Of a DNA stretch of 64,000 nucleotides, positions 28,372-37,800 are shown in pieces. Below the pieces are notes generated by a model. It was not told the origin of the DNA and did no database searches. It saw nothing but the letters and a program-made list of their open reading frames with translations. The translations under genes and the position numbers were made by a program. This DNA comes from an uncultured Candidatus Saccharibacteria bacterium. GTDB lineage: Bacteria; Patescibacteriota; WWE3; UBA101185; UBA10185. The number at the start of each line of letters is the position of its first letter. Within the stretch, counting starts at the first letter, position 1. The stretch is from NCBI GenBank assembly GCA_964643995.1, contig CAZXUJ010000003.1:349-64348 (forward strand), in the 5' to 3' direction.

Positions 28372-28447
28372 GGGCCGTTAGCGCAGTTGGTAGCGCGCTT
28401 CCATGGCATGGAAGAGGTCAGCGGTTCGATCCCGCTACGGTCCACCA
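28372..28447 (+). tRNA. tRNA-Ala (anticodon GGC)
   Basis: Cloverleaf read by hand: acceptor GGGCCGT/ACGGTCC with the G3:U70 Ala identity pair, anticodon loop AT-GGC-AT, T-loop GGTTCGATCC, and an encoded CCA. Confidence 0.8.
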
Positions 28448-28449
28448 GA

Positions 28450-28478
28450 TAAAAAAGTTACATTAATGTAACTTTTCG
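28450..28478 (-). terminator. Intrinsic terminator for the convergent minus-strand gene (perfect 11-bp palindromic stem GTTACAT-TAA-ATGTAAC flanked by A6/T-run)
   Basis: aaaaaagttacattaatgtaactttt is a perfect palindrome. On the minus strand it is followed by a T6 tract. Confidence 0.55.
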
Positions 28479-28521
28479 ATCTGTAACTCGTGAGGTCTCC
28501 GCATACCTCCAAAGGAGGGTA

Positions 28522-28554
28522 GCGCCACAAAGTGGCGCGTCACGGTCCACCAGA
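28522..28554 (+). repeat. tRNA-like 3' fragment duplicating the last 13 nt of tRNA-Ala (ACGGTCCACCAGA), preceded by a T-arm-like hairpin GCGCC-ACAAAGT-GGCGC
   Basis: 13-bp exact direct repeat of 28437-28449 at 28542-28554, 105 bp apart. This is typical of an integrase att-site scar. Confidence 0.5.
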
Positions 28555-28579
28555 CGAAAAAAGTTGTTTAAGGTAGCGC

Positions 28580-29245
28580 TTAGTTACTTACCCACCAATC
28601 AAATTCCACATTTTTCAGTAGCGGTGCATCTAATTCAACCAAGAACCCTTCTTGCGGTGTTTGACTTGCTACCCAATATTTTGTAGCTGGCGCAAAGTTA
28701 TCTTTGAACGTTAGGTATATTCTTGAATTTGGGTACAATTGAGCGCTTTTCACAAAAACCTTACTCTGCTGTTCAGGTACAAACGCTGTGCCTGAATCAA
28801 GAATTTGTACAGGGCCTTGAGGATTACCAGTTTGTGCTAGCAGTATATCCTTTGGTTTGCCAACATGTATGAAATCTATCTCAACCAAAAGGATAAATCC
28901 CAACATGATGAAAGACATATATGTAACTAGTTTGGATCTAACATTTTCCGACCTTACTATGTTGTAAAAATTTTGAGCTTTGTCCTTCATATTAAGCTTT
29001 TGGGCTATATCATCATTTTCCATCCCTTTATTTTTTAACTCTTGTATCAGCAATAATCTATCAATAGTAGATATTGGATAATGCCCTTTCGTTGAGCCTT
29101 TTTGCCCTTTTTTTCTAATCATGTGGGGAATCCATCCAATTTTTGTATAGTAGCGTAGGCGGTTATACGGATCTCCTTTTCCGAAGTCCACTCCCTTTTC
29201 TTGTGCTTCTTTCAGTAGGACATCGACGGAGATGTAATCTTTCAT
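28580..29245 (-). CDS. Membrane-anchored protein with N-terminal MerR/excisionase-like HTH
   Basis: N-terminus YYTKIGWIPHMIRKKG..GHYPISTIDRLLLIQELKNKG resembles MerR-type HTH. A central transmembrane segment is followed by a ~100-aa C-terminal domain. Confidence 0.4.
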   Translation of the reverse strand: MKDYISVDVLLKEAQEKGVDFGKGDPYNRLRYYTKIGWIPHMIRKKGQKGSTKGHYPISTIDRLLLIQELKNKGMENDDIAQKLNMKDKAQNFYNIVRSENVRSKLVTYMSFIMLGFILLVEIDFIHVGKPKDILLAQTGNPQGPVQILDSGTAFVPEQQSKVFVKSAQLYPNSRIYLTFKDNFAPATKYWVASQTPQEGFLVELDAPLLKNVEFDWWVSN

Positions 29246-29365
29246 AAATTTATTTTAACACATGTCGTCAATAGTTTTAGTTGTTGTTATAGCAATAAAT
29301 GTCATTTCTATTTTCACTAGATACGGCGTACTTGTTACATGTTATATATTTGATATTTTGGTAGT

Positions 29366-30220
29366 ATGTTCCAAACAATATCCTCTGAGAACATTTACTA
29401 CCCTAGTTTATTGCGTAATATTAGTGATTTTCCCAAAGCGCTTTATATCAAAGGTGATTTACATGCCGAGTCCTTTGAGTTGTGTTTAGGTGTTGTGGGC
29501 AGTAGACGTATGACTTCGTATGGAGACTCGGTAGTAGAAGAGTTAGTTTCCGGATTAGTTACATATGGAGTTACCGTTGTCTCAGGTTTTATGTATGGTG
29601 TTGATATAACTGCTCATCTTTGCGCTTTAAAGCATGGTGGTAAAACTATCGCAGTCATGCCCTGTGGTATCAATCTTATTTACCCTTCAAAGCATTGGCA
29701 CTATTATGAAAGATTAATTTCATCTGGTGGTTTAGTAGTTTCTGAGTACCTAGAGGATGTTAGTCCTAGAAAGTGGATGTTTCTGGAACGTAACAGAATA
29801 GTCGCAGGTGTTAGTTTAGGTGTTTTAGTTATAGAGGCCGCCGAGAATAGCGGCTCTGTTGTTACGGCAAACTTTTCCAGAGCCTTTGGGCGTAAAGTTT
29901 TTGCTGTGCCGGGAAGCATTTTCTCCTCAATGTCACGTGGGACAAACGTCTTGCTAAAAAAAGGTGGAATATTAGTAAACACTGTGGAAGATGTAATTGT
30001 TGAGTTGGGCTTGCTAGTGAAGGAGGAGTCAAAAGTGGGACCTAAAGTAGGTAGAGACTCATCTGAAGAAAAGATACTTTCAAGTTTGAAGTCTTTGCCA
30101 AAGAATTACGAACAATTGGTACAGGAGGTTTCATCTGACGTAGAGCTCAAAAATTGTCTGATGAAGCTAGAGTTAGCAGATTTAATCGTTTATCGTGGGG
30201 GCTATTACCATGCTAACTAG
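29366..30220 (+). CDS. dprA: DNA processing protein DprA (Smf)
   Basis: Rossmann-like DprA core: GVVGSRRMTSYG, VVSGFMYGVDITAH, IAVMPCGINLIYP, VIEAAENSGS. Confidence 0.85.
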   Translation: MFQTISSENIYYPSLLRNISDFPKALYIKGDLHAESFELCLGVVGSRRMTSYGDSVVEELVSGLVTYGVTVVSGFMYGVDITAHLCALKHGGKTIAVMPCGINLIYPSKHWHYYERLISSGGLVVSEYLEDVSPRKWMFLERNRIVAGVSLGVLVIEAAENSGSVVTANFSRAFGRKVFAVPGSIFSSMSRGTNVLLKKGGILVNTVEDVIVELGLLVKEESKVGPKVGRDSSEEKILSSLKSLPKNYEQLVQEVSSDVELKNCLMKLELADLIVYRGGYYHAN

Positions 30221-31727
30221 AGTTTCTTCAGTAGCTCCTTACGGAATGGAAATTATCTGTGTGAATATTGAGACATATGTCGCTGAAAGGGGTTTTCCGA
30301 GTTTTGATATTGTGGGGTTACCAAGCAAAGAGGTTACTGAAAGTAAGTATCGTGTGCTTACTGCTTTGAAAAGTTCTGGTATAGAGATCCCGCCTAAAAA
30401 AATAGTTATAAACTTGGCGCCTGCGGATGTTCCAAAAATTGGATCGTTTTTAGATTTACCAATTGCTGTTTCTTTGATGGCTACTTTGATGAAATTGTCA
30501 CTTGATGAAACAGCTCTGTATTTTGGAGAAGTCTCTATGGATGGAACATTACGTTATACCTATGGTGCATTTTTGTTGGCGTTGTTTGCGAAGGAATCAG
30601 GTAGAGATAAAATCTATCTTCCACAGGAGTGTGCTTCAGAAGTAAGTTGTTTTGATGGTCTTAGCATTTTTTCCATTACTTCCCTCAAACAATTATGGGA
30701 CCATATATCCGGTGTCAGGCCTATTTCGTCTCTAGACCCTAGTCTAATAGTCCGAAGTGAAAGCAATCTTGATAATATCAACCTGAGTTCAGTGATAGGG
30801 CAAGATACTGCTAAGCGAGCAACTGTCATATCTGTTGCAGGGGGACATAATATGTTACTCTCTGGACCTCCTGGGGTTGGAAAAACTATGTTAGCTCGCT
30901 CATATAGAAGTCTTTTGCCCGATCTAGCACCACACTCGGCAATAGAAGTTACAAAAATTCATTCTTTGGGAAGGCGTATTTCCCAAGGGCAAGGGTTGAT
31001 TGTTAAACCTCCATACAGGGCTCCTCATCATACTATCTCATATACTGGCATGGTGGGTGGAGGTAGCATACCTATTCCCGGCGAAATCAGTTTAGCCCAT
31101 CGAGGTGTTTTATTTATGGATGAGTTTACTGAATTTCCGCGCAAGGTTTTGGAAGCCTTAAGGCAGCCTCTGGAAACTGGAACAATCACAATAAACAGGA
31201 GCAAAGGGGCATTTGTGTATCCTTGTGAGTTTATTTTGATTGGTGCTTGTAACCCTTGCCCCTGTGGTTATTACAACCATCCACATAAAGAGTGCGTGTG
31301 TTCCCCAGGACAACTCCAGCTCTATCAACGTAAACTGTCTGGTCCTATTTTAGATAGAATTGATCTTTTCGTTTCATTAGCTCCCTTTGGTCAAGAAGAT
31401 TTGCAAAATATGTTGTCTACAAAGGTACACTCTGTAACTGACGTCTCGGCTCTAACAGCGCAAATTTCTACGGCTAGGCTAGCTCAGTACGCAAGGTTCG
31501 GCGATTTTTGTAAGTTAAACTCACGTATGAGTAATAGGGAATTGGCAGAGTATTGTGTCTTGAGTGATTCCGCTAAAAATCTCTTAGCCTCTGCTTGCAA
31601 AAAACTTGAGTTGTCAGCTCGAGCATATACGAAGATACTAAAGGTGTCTCGCACGATTGCTGACTTAGTTAATCGTAAGGATATTATAGATTCAGATATT
31701 GCAGAGGCATTACTTTTCAGAAAATAA
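30210..31727 (+). CDS. comM: YifB/ComM-family Mg-chelatase-like AAA+ ATPase
   Basis: N-terminal Lon-protease-like domain, Walker A MLLSGPPGVGKTM, Walker B VLFMDEF, and a C-terminal Mg-chelatase domain. A GTG at 30195 is an alternative start. Confidence 0.8.
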   Translation: MLTRVSSVAPYGMEIICVNIETYVAERGFPSFDIVGLPSKEVTESKYRVLTALKSSGIEIPPKKIVINLAPADVPKIGSFLDLPIAVSLMATLMKLSLDETALYFGEVSMDGTLRYTYGAFLLALFAKESGRDKIYLPQECASEVSCFDGLSIFSITSLKQLWDHISGVRPISSLDPSLIVRSESNLDNINLSSVIGQDTAKRATVISVAGGHNMLLSGPPGVGKTMLARSYRSLLPDLAPHSAIEVTKIHSLGRRISQGQGLIVKPPYRAPHHTISYTGMVGGGSIPIPGEISLAHRGVLFMDEFTEFPRKVLEALRQPLETGTITINRSKGAFVYPCEFILIGACNPCPCGYYNHPHKECVCSPGQLQLYQRKLSGPILDRIDLFVSLAPFGQEDLQNMLSTKVHSVTDVSALTAQISTARLAQYARFGDFCKLNSRMSNRELAEYCVLSDSAKNLLASACKKLELSARAYTKILKVSRTIADLVNRKDIIDSDIAEALLFRK

Positions 31728-31778
31728 AAAAGCCTAATGTGTGTTGCATTGACATTTGGATTATTGTATATTGGTCGC

Positions 31779-32075
31779 ATGGCAAACATGTTGAAACTTT
31801 CTAAAGCCTTCTCAGATAAAAACAGAGTAAAAATTTTAAAGATGCTCACCGATGGAGCTCAAAACGTATCGACAGTAGCAGATAAGCTTAACGTCGAAGA
31901 AAATCTAGCCTCCCATCACTTGAGAGTTTTGTTTTCTCTAGGTTTACTCAAGAGTCAAAAAAAAGGACGCCAAGTTTACTATGATTTGAATCGTGTAAAA
32001 ATAGTGAGCTTTATAAAAGATCTCAAGCAAGACGCTTTCTTCAAGGAAGTATTGACCGAAGCAATGGAAGAATAG
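31779..32075 (+). CDS. ArsR/SmtB-family HTH transcriptional regulator
   Basis: LKLSKAFSDKNRVKILKML..VSTVADKLNVEENLASHHLRVLFSLGLL is a winged-helix ArsR pattern. The ORF is open from 31737. Confidence 0.65.
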   Translation: MANMLKLSKAFSDKNRVKILKMLTDGAQNVSTVADKLNVEENLASHHLRVLFSLGLLKSQKKGRQVYYDLNRVKIVSFIKDLKQDAFFKEVLTEAMEE

Positions 32076-32252
32076 CTTTTTATTCCTGTTCCCACAACAT
32101 ATACGTCTAATATGCGGTATTTAAATACCGTAAATTTCATCCACAATACTGTGAATAACACAGGAATACTATTGCGGTAATATTGCGGGTATTCTATTTT
32201 GAATAGAGTGTGAGGTCTGTTAATTGCACCAAGTCTATGTTTATCTTGTTAA

Positions 32253-32966
32253 ATGTATCCCGATGAAATTTCTCCTGAAGGTGAATTTGATTCCTATATT
32301 AGTCTTTTCAAAGTGCTTATCTTTATAAGGAAGCATCTGAAGCTAATAGCTATAGTCATGGCTTGTATTTTACTTGCTGTGTTCTACGCTTATAAGTTTA
32401 TTCAGAGAGCTTTGGTGGTGCCATTAACTACAAGTGATTCATTTGAGATGTCACCACCTGCGAATGCCCCCACAATAACAGTTGACGTTTCAGGTGCAGT
32501 GTCTAATCCCGGTGTATTTGAACTGCCTGAAGATTCACGTATTGCCGATGCTATGAGGGTTGCAGGGCCTATTACCAACGATGTTTCTATGGTTTGGGTA
32601 AGCCAGATAATAAACTTTGCTCAGCCATTGCAGGATGGTCAAAAGATATATATACCGTTTGAACATGATCTAGCCAATGAAAGTCTTCACGAGGTTTTAA
32701 TTTTATTGAAGGAAACATATCAGTCTTCAGGTTCCGCAAAGATACCTGCAAAAAATTTGGTAGATTCTGCCGGTGCAATAGCCTCTGGTTTGATAAATGT
32801 TAATAATGCTTCTTCTTCAGAGCTTACCGAATTACCTGGGGTAGGGGATGCTTATGCAGACAAAATAATAGTGAATAGACCTTACAAGAATATTGAAGAG
32901 TTAATCGCTAAAACCAAGATGTCTGCAAAAACAGTCGATAAATTTAGGGATTTAATAATTTTTTAA
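32253..32966 (+). CDS. comEA: ComEA-like competence protein (TM + SLBB + helix-hairpin-helix DNA binding)
   Basis: Transmembrane anchor, SLBB-like VDVSGAVSNPGVFELPEDSRIADAMRVAG, and a C-terminal HhH motif LTELPGVGDAYADKII. Confidence 0.7.
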   Translation: MYPDEISPEGEFDSYISLFKVLIFIRKHLKLIAIVMACILLAVFYAYKFIQRALVVPLTTSDSFEMSPPANAPTITVDVSGAVSNPGVFELPEDSRIADAMRVAGPITNDVSMVWVSQIINFAQPLQDGQKIYIPFEHDLANESLHEVLILLKETYQSSGSAKIPAKNLVDSAGAIASGLINVNNASSSELTELPGVGDAYADKIIVNRPYKNIEELIAKTKMSAKTVDKFRDLIIF

Positions 32967-34033
32967 TGCGCAAAATACTCGTAGCTAACAGATTCTTAAT
33001 ATTCCTGGTATTCCTATACATTGTGCGTTTAGCCTTGTTTTGCAGTATATCCGACCATTGGAGCCTAGATGAAATTTTTACTTGTGTTGCAGTTGCTCAA
33101 GATACCTTTGTTCTATCCGAAATGTCCAACAGCAATAATTTTCAAAGTTTACGTCGCGATATGTCTTTTAAAGTACGGGACTACTTACCCCCAGAGAACA
33201 GTGCTCTGGTACTTGGTTTGGTTCTGGGAATCAATGAATTATATTATCTATCTGATTTTCGAGAATTACTTATCAGTACAGGAACCATCCACGTAGTGGT
33301 CGCTTCGGGATTTAATATCAGCTTAGTAGCTACTTTACTTTCTAGCACAGTAGGTACTAAGTATGGTGTTCGTGCGTATACAGTAGTTGTTCTAGGCACT
33401 TTTGTATATGCAGTCGTTACTGGCTTCGATCCTCCAATTTTTAGAGCATGGCTAATGGCTGTGGTTACTTTTGCCATCACAAACTACGGGCGCACAGTTG
33501 ATAGCATTAAGGTCTTACTGTTTACTGCTTTGGTGATGCTCTTACTGGACCCCCTTTATTTGTTTGATCTTAGTTTCCAACTCAGTTTTCTTGCCACCTT
33601 TGGGATTTTGTATTATTCAGCCCTTTTTGAATATCTTTTCAAGCGTACTAGGGGTAGTTTTTTACGCCAAGATTTCATAACAACGGTCTCAGCACAGGTT
33701 TTTGTTTTACCTTTACTGCTTAAAACCTTGGGAAGTGTTAGTTTGCTTGGTTTTGTAGTTAATCCCTTAACTCTATGGATCATCCCTATATGTACAATAC
33801 TGGGTTTTGTTTTTGTTTTCGTACTTGTGTTCTCTAGTATCCTAGGTTCGGTATTGGCCATACCTCTATATTTCTTGACCCAAGTCTTCATTGTTCTACT
33901 AAAGTTTTTTGACTCGTTTGGAAGCTATGCTATTGTAGCCCCAAAAAACAATCTGTATTTGATGATCTTCTATCTTATAGCACTAGTACTACCCAATTTG
34001 ATTATGGGGCATTCTAGAAGGTCTCTAAAATGA
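32966..34033 (+). CDS. comEC: ComEC/Rec2-family DNA internalisation channel, short form lacking the metallo-beta-lactamase domain
   Basis: Competence-domain signature LISTGTIHVVVASGFNISLV and about 9 transmembrane segments. At 355 aa it is much shorter than full-length ComEC. Confidence 0.65.
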   Translation: MRKILVANRFLIFLVFLYIVRLALFCSISDHWSLDEIFTCVAVAQDTFVLSEMSNSNNFQSLRRDMSFKVRDYLPPENSALVLGLVLGINELYYLSDFRELLISTGTIHVVVASGFNISLVATLLSSTVGTKYGVRAYTVVVLGTFVYAVVTGFDPPIFRAWLMAVVTFAITNYGRTVDSIKVLLFTALVMLLLDPLYLFDLSFQLSFLATFGILYYSALFEYLFKRTRGSFLRQDFITTVSAQVFVLPLLLKTLGSVSLLGFVVNPLTLWIIPICTILGFVFVFVLVFSSILGSVLAIPLYFLTQVFIVLLKFFDSFGSYAIVAPKNNLYLMIFYLIALVLPNLIMGHSRRSLK

Positions 34034-34056
34034 TATAATCTTTTCGGAGTGCAGGT

Positions 34057-35802
34057 ATGTTTATTTCTAATATTATCAAGGAAAAAATAAGGGATGCTGT
34101 AAAAAAAGTCTATTCTATTGAGTTGGAAGATTTTACGGTTGAACATCCTAACATAGAGTCTTGGGGAGACTATGCAACAAACGTTGCCTTAATTCTGGCA
34201 AAAATTGTTAAGCAGAGTCCTATGGAGATCGCCAAAAATCTGAGCTATGAGTTAGATAGTATTGAGTTAAAATTATCTGTAGACAATGGTCAACCACCTA
34301 CCATTAAACTTATCGAAAAGACAGAATATGTTGCTCCGGGGTTTATAAACTTTATTTTGTCTGAAGATTGGCTCTATTATGTACTCAGCCAAATCTCGGT
34401 ACAGGAGGCAAACTACGGGTCATGTGATATTGGAGGTAAAAAAACTGTTTTGGTGGAGTTTTCACAACCAAACTCTAACAAGCCTCAGCACATTGGTCAT
34501 GCCAGAAATAATTTTTTGGGGTCCTCACTTGCTAATATTTTAGAGTTTACTGGTCACAAAGTTATTAGATCTAACTATGTCGGTGATATAGGTGTTCACA
34601 TTTGCAAAAGCATGCTTATGTATATGAAACATGGCCATGGGACATCACCAGATAAAAAGTCAGACCATTTTGTAGGTGATTACTACATAATGTTTGAGCG
34701 AGAGGTTCAGTCTAATCCCGAGCTTGAAAAAGAAGCCCAGGCTCTTTTGATTAAACTCGAAAATAGCGACCCAGAGGTTACTGCTTTATGGAACAAGATG
34801 AACAATTGGGTGTATGAAGGTTGGGCACAAACTTATGCTGACCAGAAAATTACATTTGATATTTGGGAGTATGAAAGTGAGAGTATGCATATTGGCAAAG
34901 AAATTGCTGAGGAGGCAGTTTCTAAAGGCTTAGCAGAGCGCCAAGCTGACGGGTCCATTATTGCTCGTCTCGCACAGTACGGTCTTCCTGATAAGATACT
35001 TTTACGTGCAGATGGTACGACGGTTTATTCAACCAAAGATTTACAGCTAGCAAAAAACGGTTACGAAAAATATTTATTTTATAAACGGCTTTATGTGGTT
35101 GATGAACGTCAGGGTGACTACTTCAAACAGATATTTAAAATTCTGGAACTTATGGGTTTTTCATGGGCAAAGGATTTACACCATGTCTCATATGGTTATG
35201 TAAAACTGCCTGAAGGTAATATGTCTTCAAGAAAGGGTTTGGTTGTTAATGCCGATGATGTTTTTGCAGAATTGATTTCTTTAGAGGATCAGGTAGTTAG
35301 TTCTTCTATTGCCAATAGAGATTTAGTTTTACGAGAGGTAGCCTTGAGTGCCTTTAAATATACTTTGTTGAAATATGACGTACAAAGTACAGTAGTGTTT
35401 GATTCTAAGGATGTAACAAGATTTGTTGGTAATACCGGACCTTATTTGTTATATACCCAAGCTCGCGCGAACTCTATTTTGGAGAAAAGTGGTCAGGTAT
35501 TTGGGGATATTCCTAAAAATTACTCGGAAACTTTGGATCCAAAAGAACTGGCTTTGCTTCGTATGCTTTATAGATTCCCTGAAGTGGTTTTACGCACCTC
35601 GGAGGAATATGCTCCAAATCTCTTATGTAATTATCTCTTCGATCTTTCCCAGAGATTTAACACTTTCTATAACGATGTGCCTATTCTTAGTGCAAAAAGT
35701 GAAAATGAAAAGACTTTTCGTTTGTTGTTGACCAGGAGTGTTAAGACTGTACTAAACAATGGCTTGCGCTTGTTAGGTATCCCCGCGCCTGCAAAGATGT
35801 AA
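34057..35802 (+). CDS. argS: Arginine--tRNA ligase
   Basis: Class I HIGH motif (PQHIGHARNN), KMSK-like MSSRKG, and an anticodon-binding C-terminus ending M. Confidence 0.9.
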   Translation: MFISNIIKEKIRDAVKKVYSIELEDFTVEHPNIESWGDYATNVALILAKIVKQSPMEIAKNLSYELDSIELKLSVDNGQPPTIKLIEKTEYVAPGFINFILSEDWLYYVLSQISVQEANYGSCDIGGKKTVLVEFSQPNSNKPQHIGHARNNFLGSSLANILEFTGHKVIRSNYVGDIGVHICKSMLMYMKHGHGTSPDKKSDHFVGDYYIMFEREVQSNPELEKEAQALLIKLENSDPEVTALWNKMNNWVYEGWAQTYADQKITFDIWEYESESMHIGKEIAEEAVSKGLAERQADGSIIARLAQYGLPDKILLRADGTTVYSTKDLQLAKNGYEKYLFYKRLYVVDERQGDYFKQIFKILELMGFSWAKDLHHVSYGYVKLPEGNMSSRKGLVVNADDVFAELISLEDQVVSSSIANRDLVLREVALSAFKYTLLKYDVQSTVVFDSKDVTRFVGNTGPYLLYTQARANSILEKSGQVFGDIPKNYSETLDPKELALLRMLYRFPEVVLRTSEEYAPNLLCNYLFDLSQRFNTFYNDVPILSAKSENEKTFRLLLTRSVKTVLNNGLRLLGIPAPAKM

Positions 35803-35811
35803 CATAAGAGT

Positions 35812-36849
35812 ATGTTTTTTAAGAAAAGAAATTCAAGACAACCAGGTATCCTCAAAAGATTTGTTCGATCAATATTTTCGGTTGTGATTCTAACAGCTTT
35901 TGTTGTTGGTATAGCTTTTGGAGTTCAGCAGATGGCTAGGCTAGACAGTGATAAGCTCAATGCATTGGCTGGGCCAGCCTTGGTTAAACTCGGTCTGGAT
36001 GAGGATGCTGTAGGCGAGGTAGCGGGAGAATTCGCTGAAAGAGTTTCACAAACTGGAATTAACAAAACTATCCAAGTAGATGCTTCAGAAGAAAAATCAG
36101 TTTCTGTGGAGCCAGAAATACTTTCGGATTCTAAAAAAGCTCCTAGGGCACGTATCGCTTTGATGTCAGATGCTCATGAGGATTGGGATAACTTTAATAA
36201 AGCACTGAACGAGGCAAAAAGGCTTGATGTAGATTATATTTTATATCTCGGTGATTTTACAGATTGGGGAGATGTTCCTACCCTTGAAAAAGGTCGTGAA
36301 TTATTGGAGGCCAGTGGAATTAAATGGGAAGCTATTCCGGGGGATCACGATCTGGCACAGTCTGCTGCGGAAGAAGGCGGTGATGGTTTAACAAACTTCC
36401 TTTTCGTATTCGAGGACAATTATAAGATGCTTGAGATTGCGGACTCTAATTTTTTGCTTTTTGATAATAGTGCTAATTTTACACCTCTCGATGAGGCAAG
36501 GTTTACTTGGTTTCTGAATAATGTAGCCAACGCTGACTATGTAGTAATGAGTCAGCCAATTTATCATACTGCCGGAAATTTAATGATGGGTATTTCAGGC
36601 GGCGAGGAGATGGTGGATCTTAACAACCAACGCAAAATACTTCTTGGTGCTGTTCAGGGGTCAGATGTTCAAGTGGTATTTGGCGGTGACCATCACCAAT
36701 CAAGTGTTAGCCTTGATCCTGAGAACGACGCCCTGAAACATGTTGTTGTTGGGGCCATAACCAAACGCCGCAATATTCAGACACCAAGATTTATGATTTT
36801 AAACCTATACGAAGGTAGGGAATATGATATTGAAGAAATACTTCTTTAG
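35812..36849 (+). CDS. Calcineurin-like metallophosphoesterase with N-terminal membrane anchor
   Basis: Metal-ligand motifs IALMSDAHED, YLGDFTDWG and GDHD/GDHH. Confidence 0.6.
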   Translation: MFFKKRNSRQPGILKRFVRSIFSVVILTAFVVGIAFGVQQMARLDSDKLNALAGPALVKLGLDEDAVGEVAGEFAERVSQTGINKTIQVDASEEKSVSVEPEILSDSKKAPRARIALMSDAHEDWDNFNKALNEAKRLDVDYILYLGDFTDWGDVPTLEKGRELLEASGIKWEAIPGDHDLAQSAAEEGGDGLTNFLFVFEDNYKMLEIADSNFLLFDNSANFTPLDEARFTWFLNNVANADYVVMSQPIYHTAGNLMMGISGGEEMVDLNNQRKILLGAVQGSDVQVVFGGDHHQSSVSLDPENDALKHVVVGAITKRRNIQTPRFMILNLYEGREYDIEEILL

Positions 36850-36882
36850 GGTAGAATAAGTCAATTATTTTTAGGAGGAACT

Positions 36883-37464
36883 ATGATAGAAAGATCACTA
36901 GTACTTATGAAACCGGATGCAGTTCAGAGAGGCATCGTAGGAGAAATTTTGCATAGATTTGAAAGAATGGGGTTGAAGATCATCGGAGCTAAATTGCTTC
37001 TAGTAGACGAGGCTCACGGCCTAAAACACTATAACCATCCGGCAGAATGGTATGTGAAGGTTGGTAATCGAAACCTGGAGGACTGTAAAAACTTTGAACT
37101 AGATCCAATGGAGGTCTTTGGTACAACAGATGCTAGAGAAATCGGTTTACTAACCGACAAGAGAAACGCCGAATTTTTAGCCAGTGGTCCTATATTTGCG
37201 ATGGTTTTAGAAGGTCCTCAAGCGGTACAAAGAATTAGAGATCATGTTGGTAACACTTTTTCTTCGATCTCCCCTGCAGGTACTATACGTGGCGACTACG
37301 GATTGGACTCAGCCTACTCTGGTATGAAACGAGGTAGAACTTCTTATAACATGATTCATGCTTCTGGTAATGTTTCCGAAGCCGAAGTTGAAATAAAACT
37401 TTGGTTCAAAGATGATGAATTATTGAGTTATAAGAGGGTTCACGAAGATTTATACAAGTATTAA
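36883..37464 (+). CDS. ndk: Nucleoside diphosphate kinase (extended form)
   Basis: ERSLVLMKPDAVQRGIVGEILHRFE N-terminus and the active-site His region NMIHASG. Confidence 0.8.
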   Translation: MIERSLVLMKPDAVQRGIVGEILHRFERMGLKIIGAKLLLVDEAHGLKHYNHPAEWYVKVGNRNLEDCKNFELDPMEVFGTTDAREIGLLTDKRNAEFLASGPIFAMVLEGPQAVQRIRDHVGNTFSSISPAGTIRGDYGLDSAYSGMKRGRTSYNMIHASGNVSEAEVEIKLWFKDDELLSYKRVHEDLYKY

Positions 37465-37466
37465 TA

Positions 37467-37554
37467 TGGCGGAGGGGGAGGGATTCGAACCCTCGTGTGC
37501 TTGCGCACGCACGGTTTTCAAGACCGGCTAGTTTGACCGCTCCTACACCCCTCC
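37467..37554 (-). tRNA. tRNA-Ser (anticodon TGA), class II with long variable arm
   Basis: On the minus strand: GGAGGGGTG..anticodon loop CT-TGA-AA..long variable arm GCGTGCGCAAGCACACG..T-loop GGTTCGAATCC..CCA. Confidence 0.75.
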
Positions 37555-37589
37555 AATACGTAGGATAAAGTATACCATTAAATTTACGG

Positions 37590-37664
37590 GCCTCTGTAGT
37601 TCAATGGATAGAACATACCCCTCCTAAGGGTAAAATGCAGGTTCGATTCCCGCCTGGGGCACCA
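37590..37664 (+). tRNA. tRNA-Arg (anticodon CCT)
   Basis: Acceptor GCCTCTG/CTGGGGC, D-stem GTTC/GAAC, anticodon loop CT-CCT-AA, T-loop GGTTCGATTCC, and an encoded CCA. Confidence 0.7.
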
Positions 37665-37702
37665 GATGATTTAACTTAATGCTATAATTTGGAGAATTAA
37701 AT

Positions 37703-37800
37703 CCCAACCACAGTACCAAGCTCCCTATTGAGCTCTCGTGGTTGGGTAGCCATCGAAAGATGGCGGATTTACCGAAAGGTAAGTCGCTCGTAGGGAGCTT
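37703..37800 (+). ncRNA. Candidate structured RNA: H-type pseudoknot enclosing two GAAA-tetraloop hairpins, in the leader of the second sortase gene
   Basis: Stem A CCCAACCAC (37703-11) pairs GTGGTTGGG (37738-46). Stem B AAGCTCCCTA (37718-27) pairs TAGGGAGCTT (37791-800). Inner hairpins CCATC-GAAA-GATGG and TACC-GAAA-GGTA. I could not assign it to a known family. Confidence 0.3.

Noticed and set aside
28480-28555. A second complete tRNA gene after tRNA-Ala
   Set aside because: Only a T-arm-like hairpin and the acceptor 3' strand are present. No D-arm, anticodon arm or 5' acceptor strand can be drawn, so it was called a tRNA-end fragment or att scar instead.
29262-29489. 75-aa ORF upstream of dprA
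   Set aside because: It overlaps the dprA start region. The hydrophobic nonsense translation comes from AT-rich intergenic sequence, and it has no RBS.
37700-37800. SRP RNA, tmRNA or RNase P RNA identity for the structured element
   Set aside because: It is too short for tmRNA or RNase P. It lacks a tRNA-like acceptor end. Its pseudoknotted topology does not fit the single extended hairpin of 4.5S/SRP RNA. I kept it only as an unclassified structured RNA candidate.
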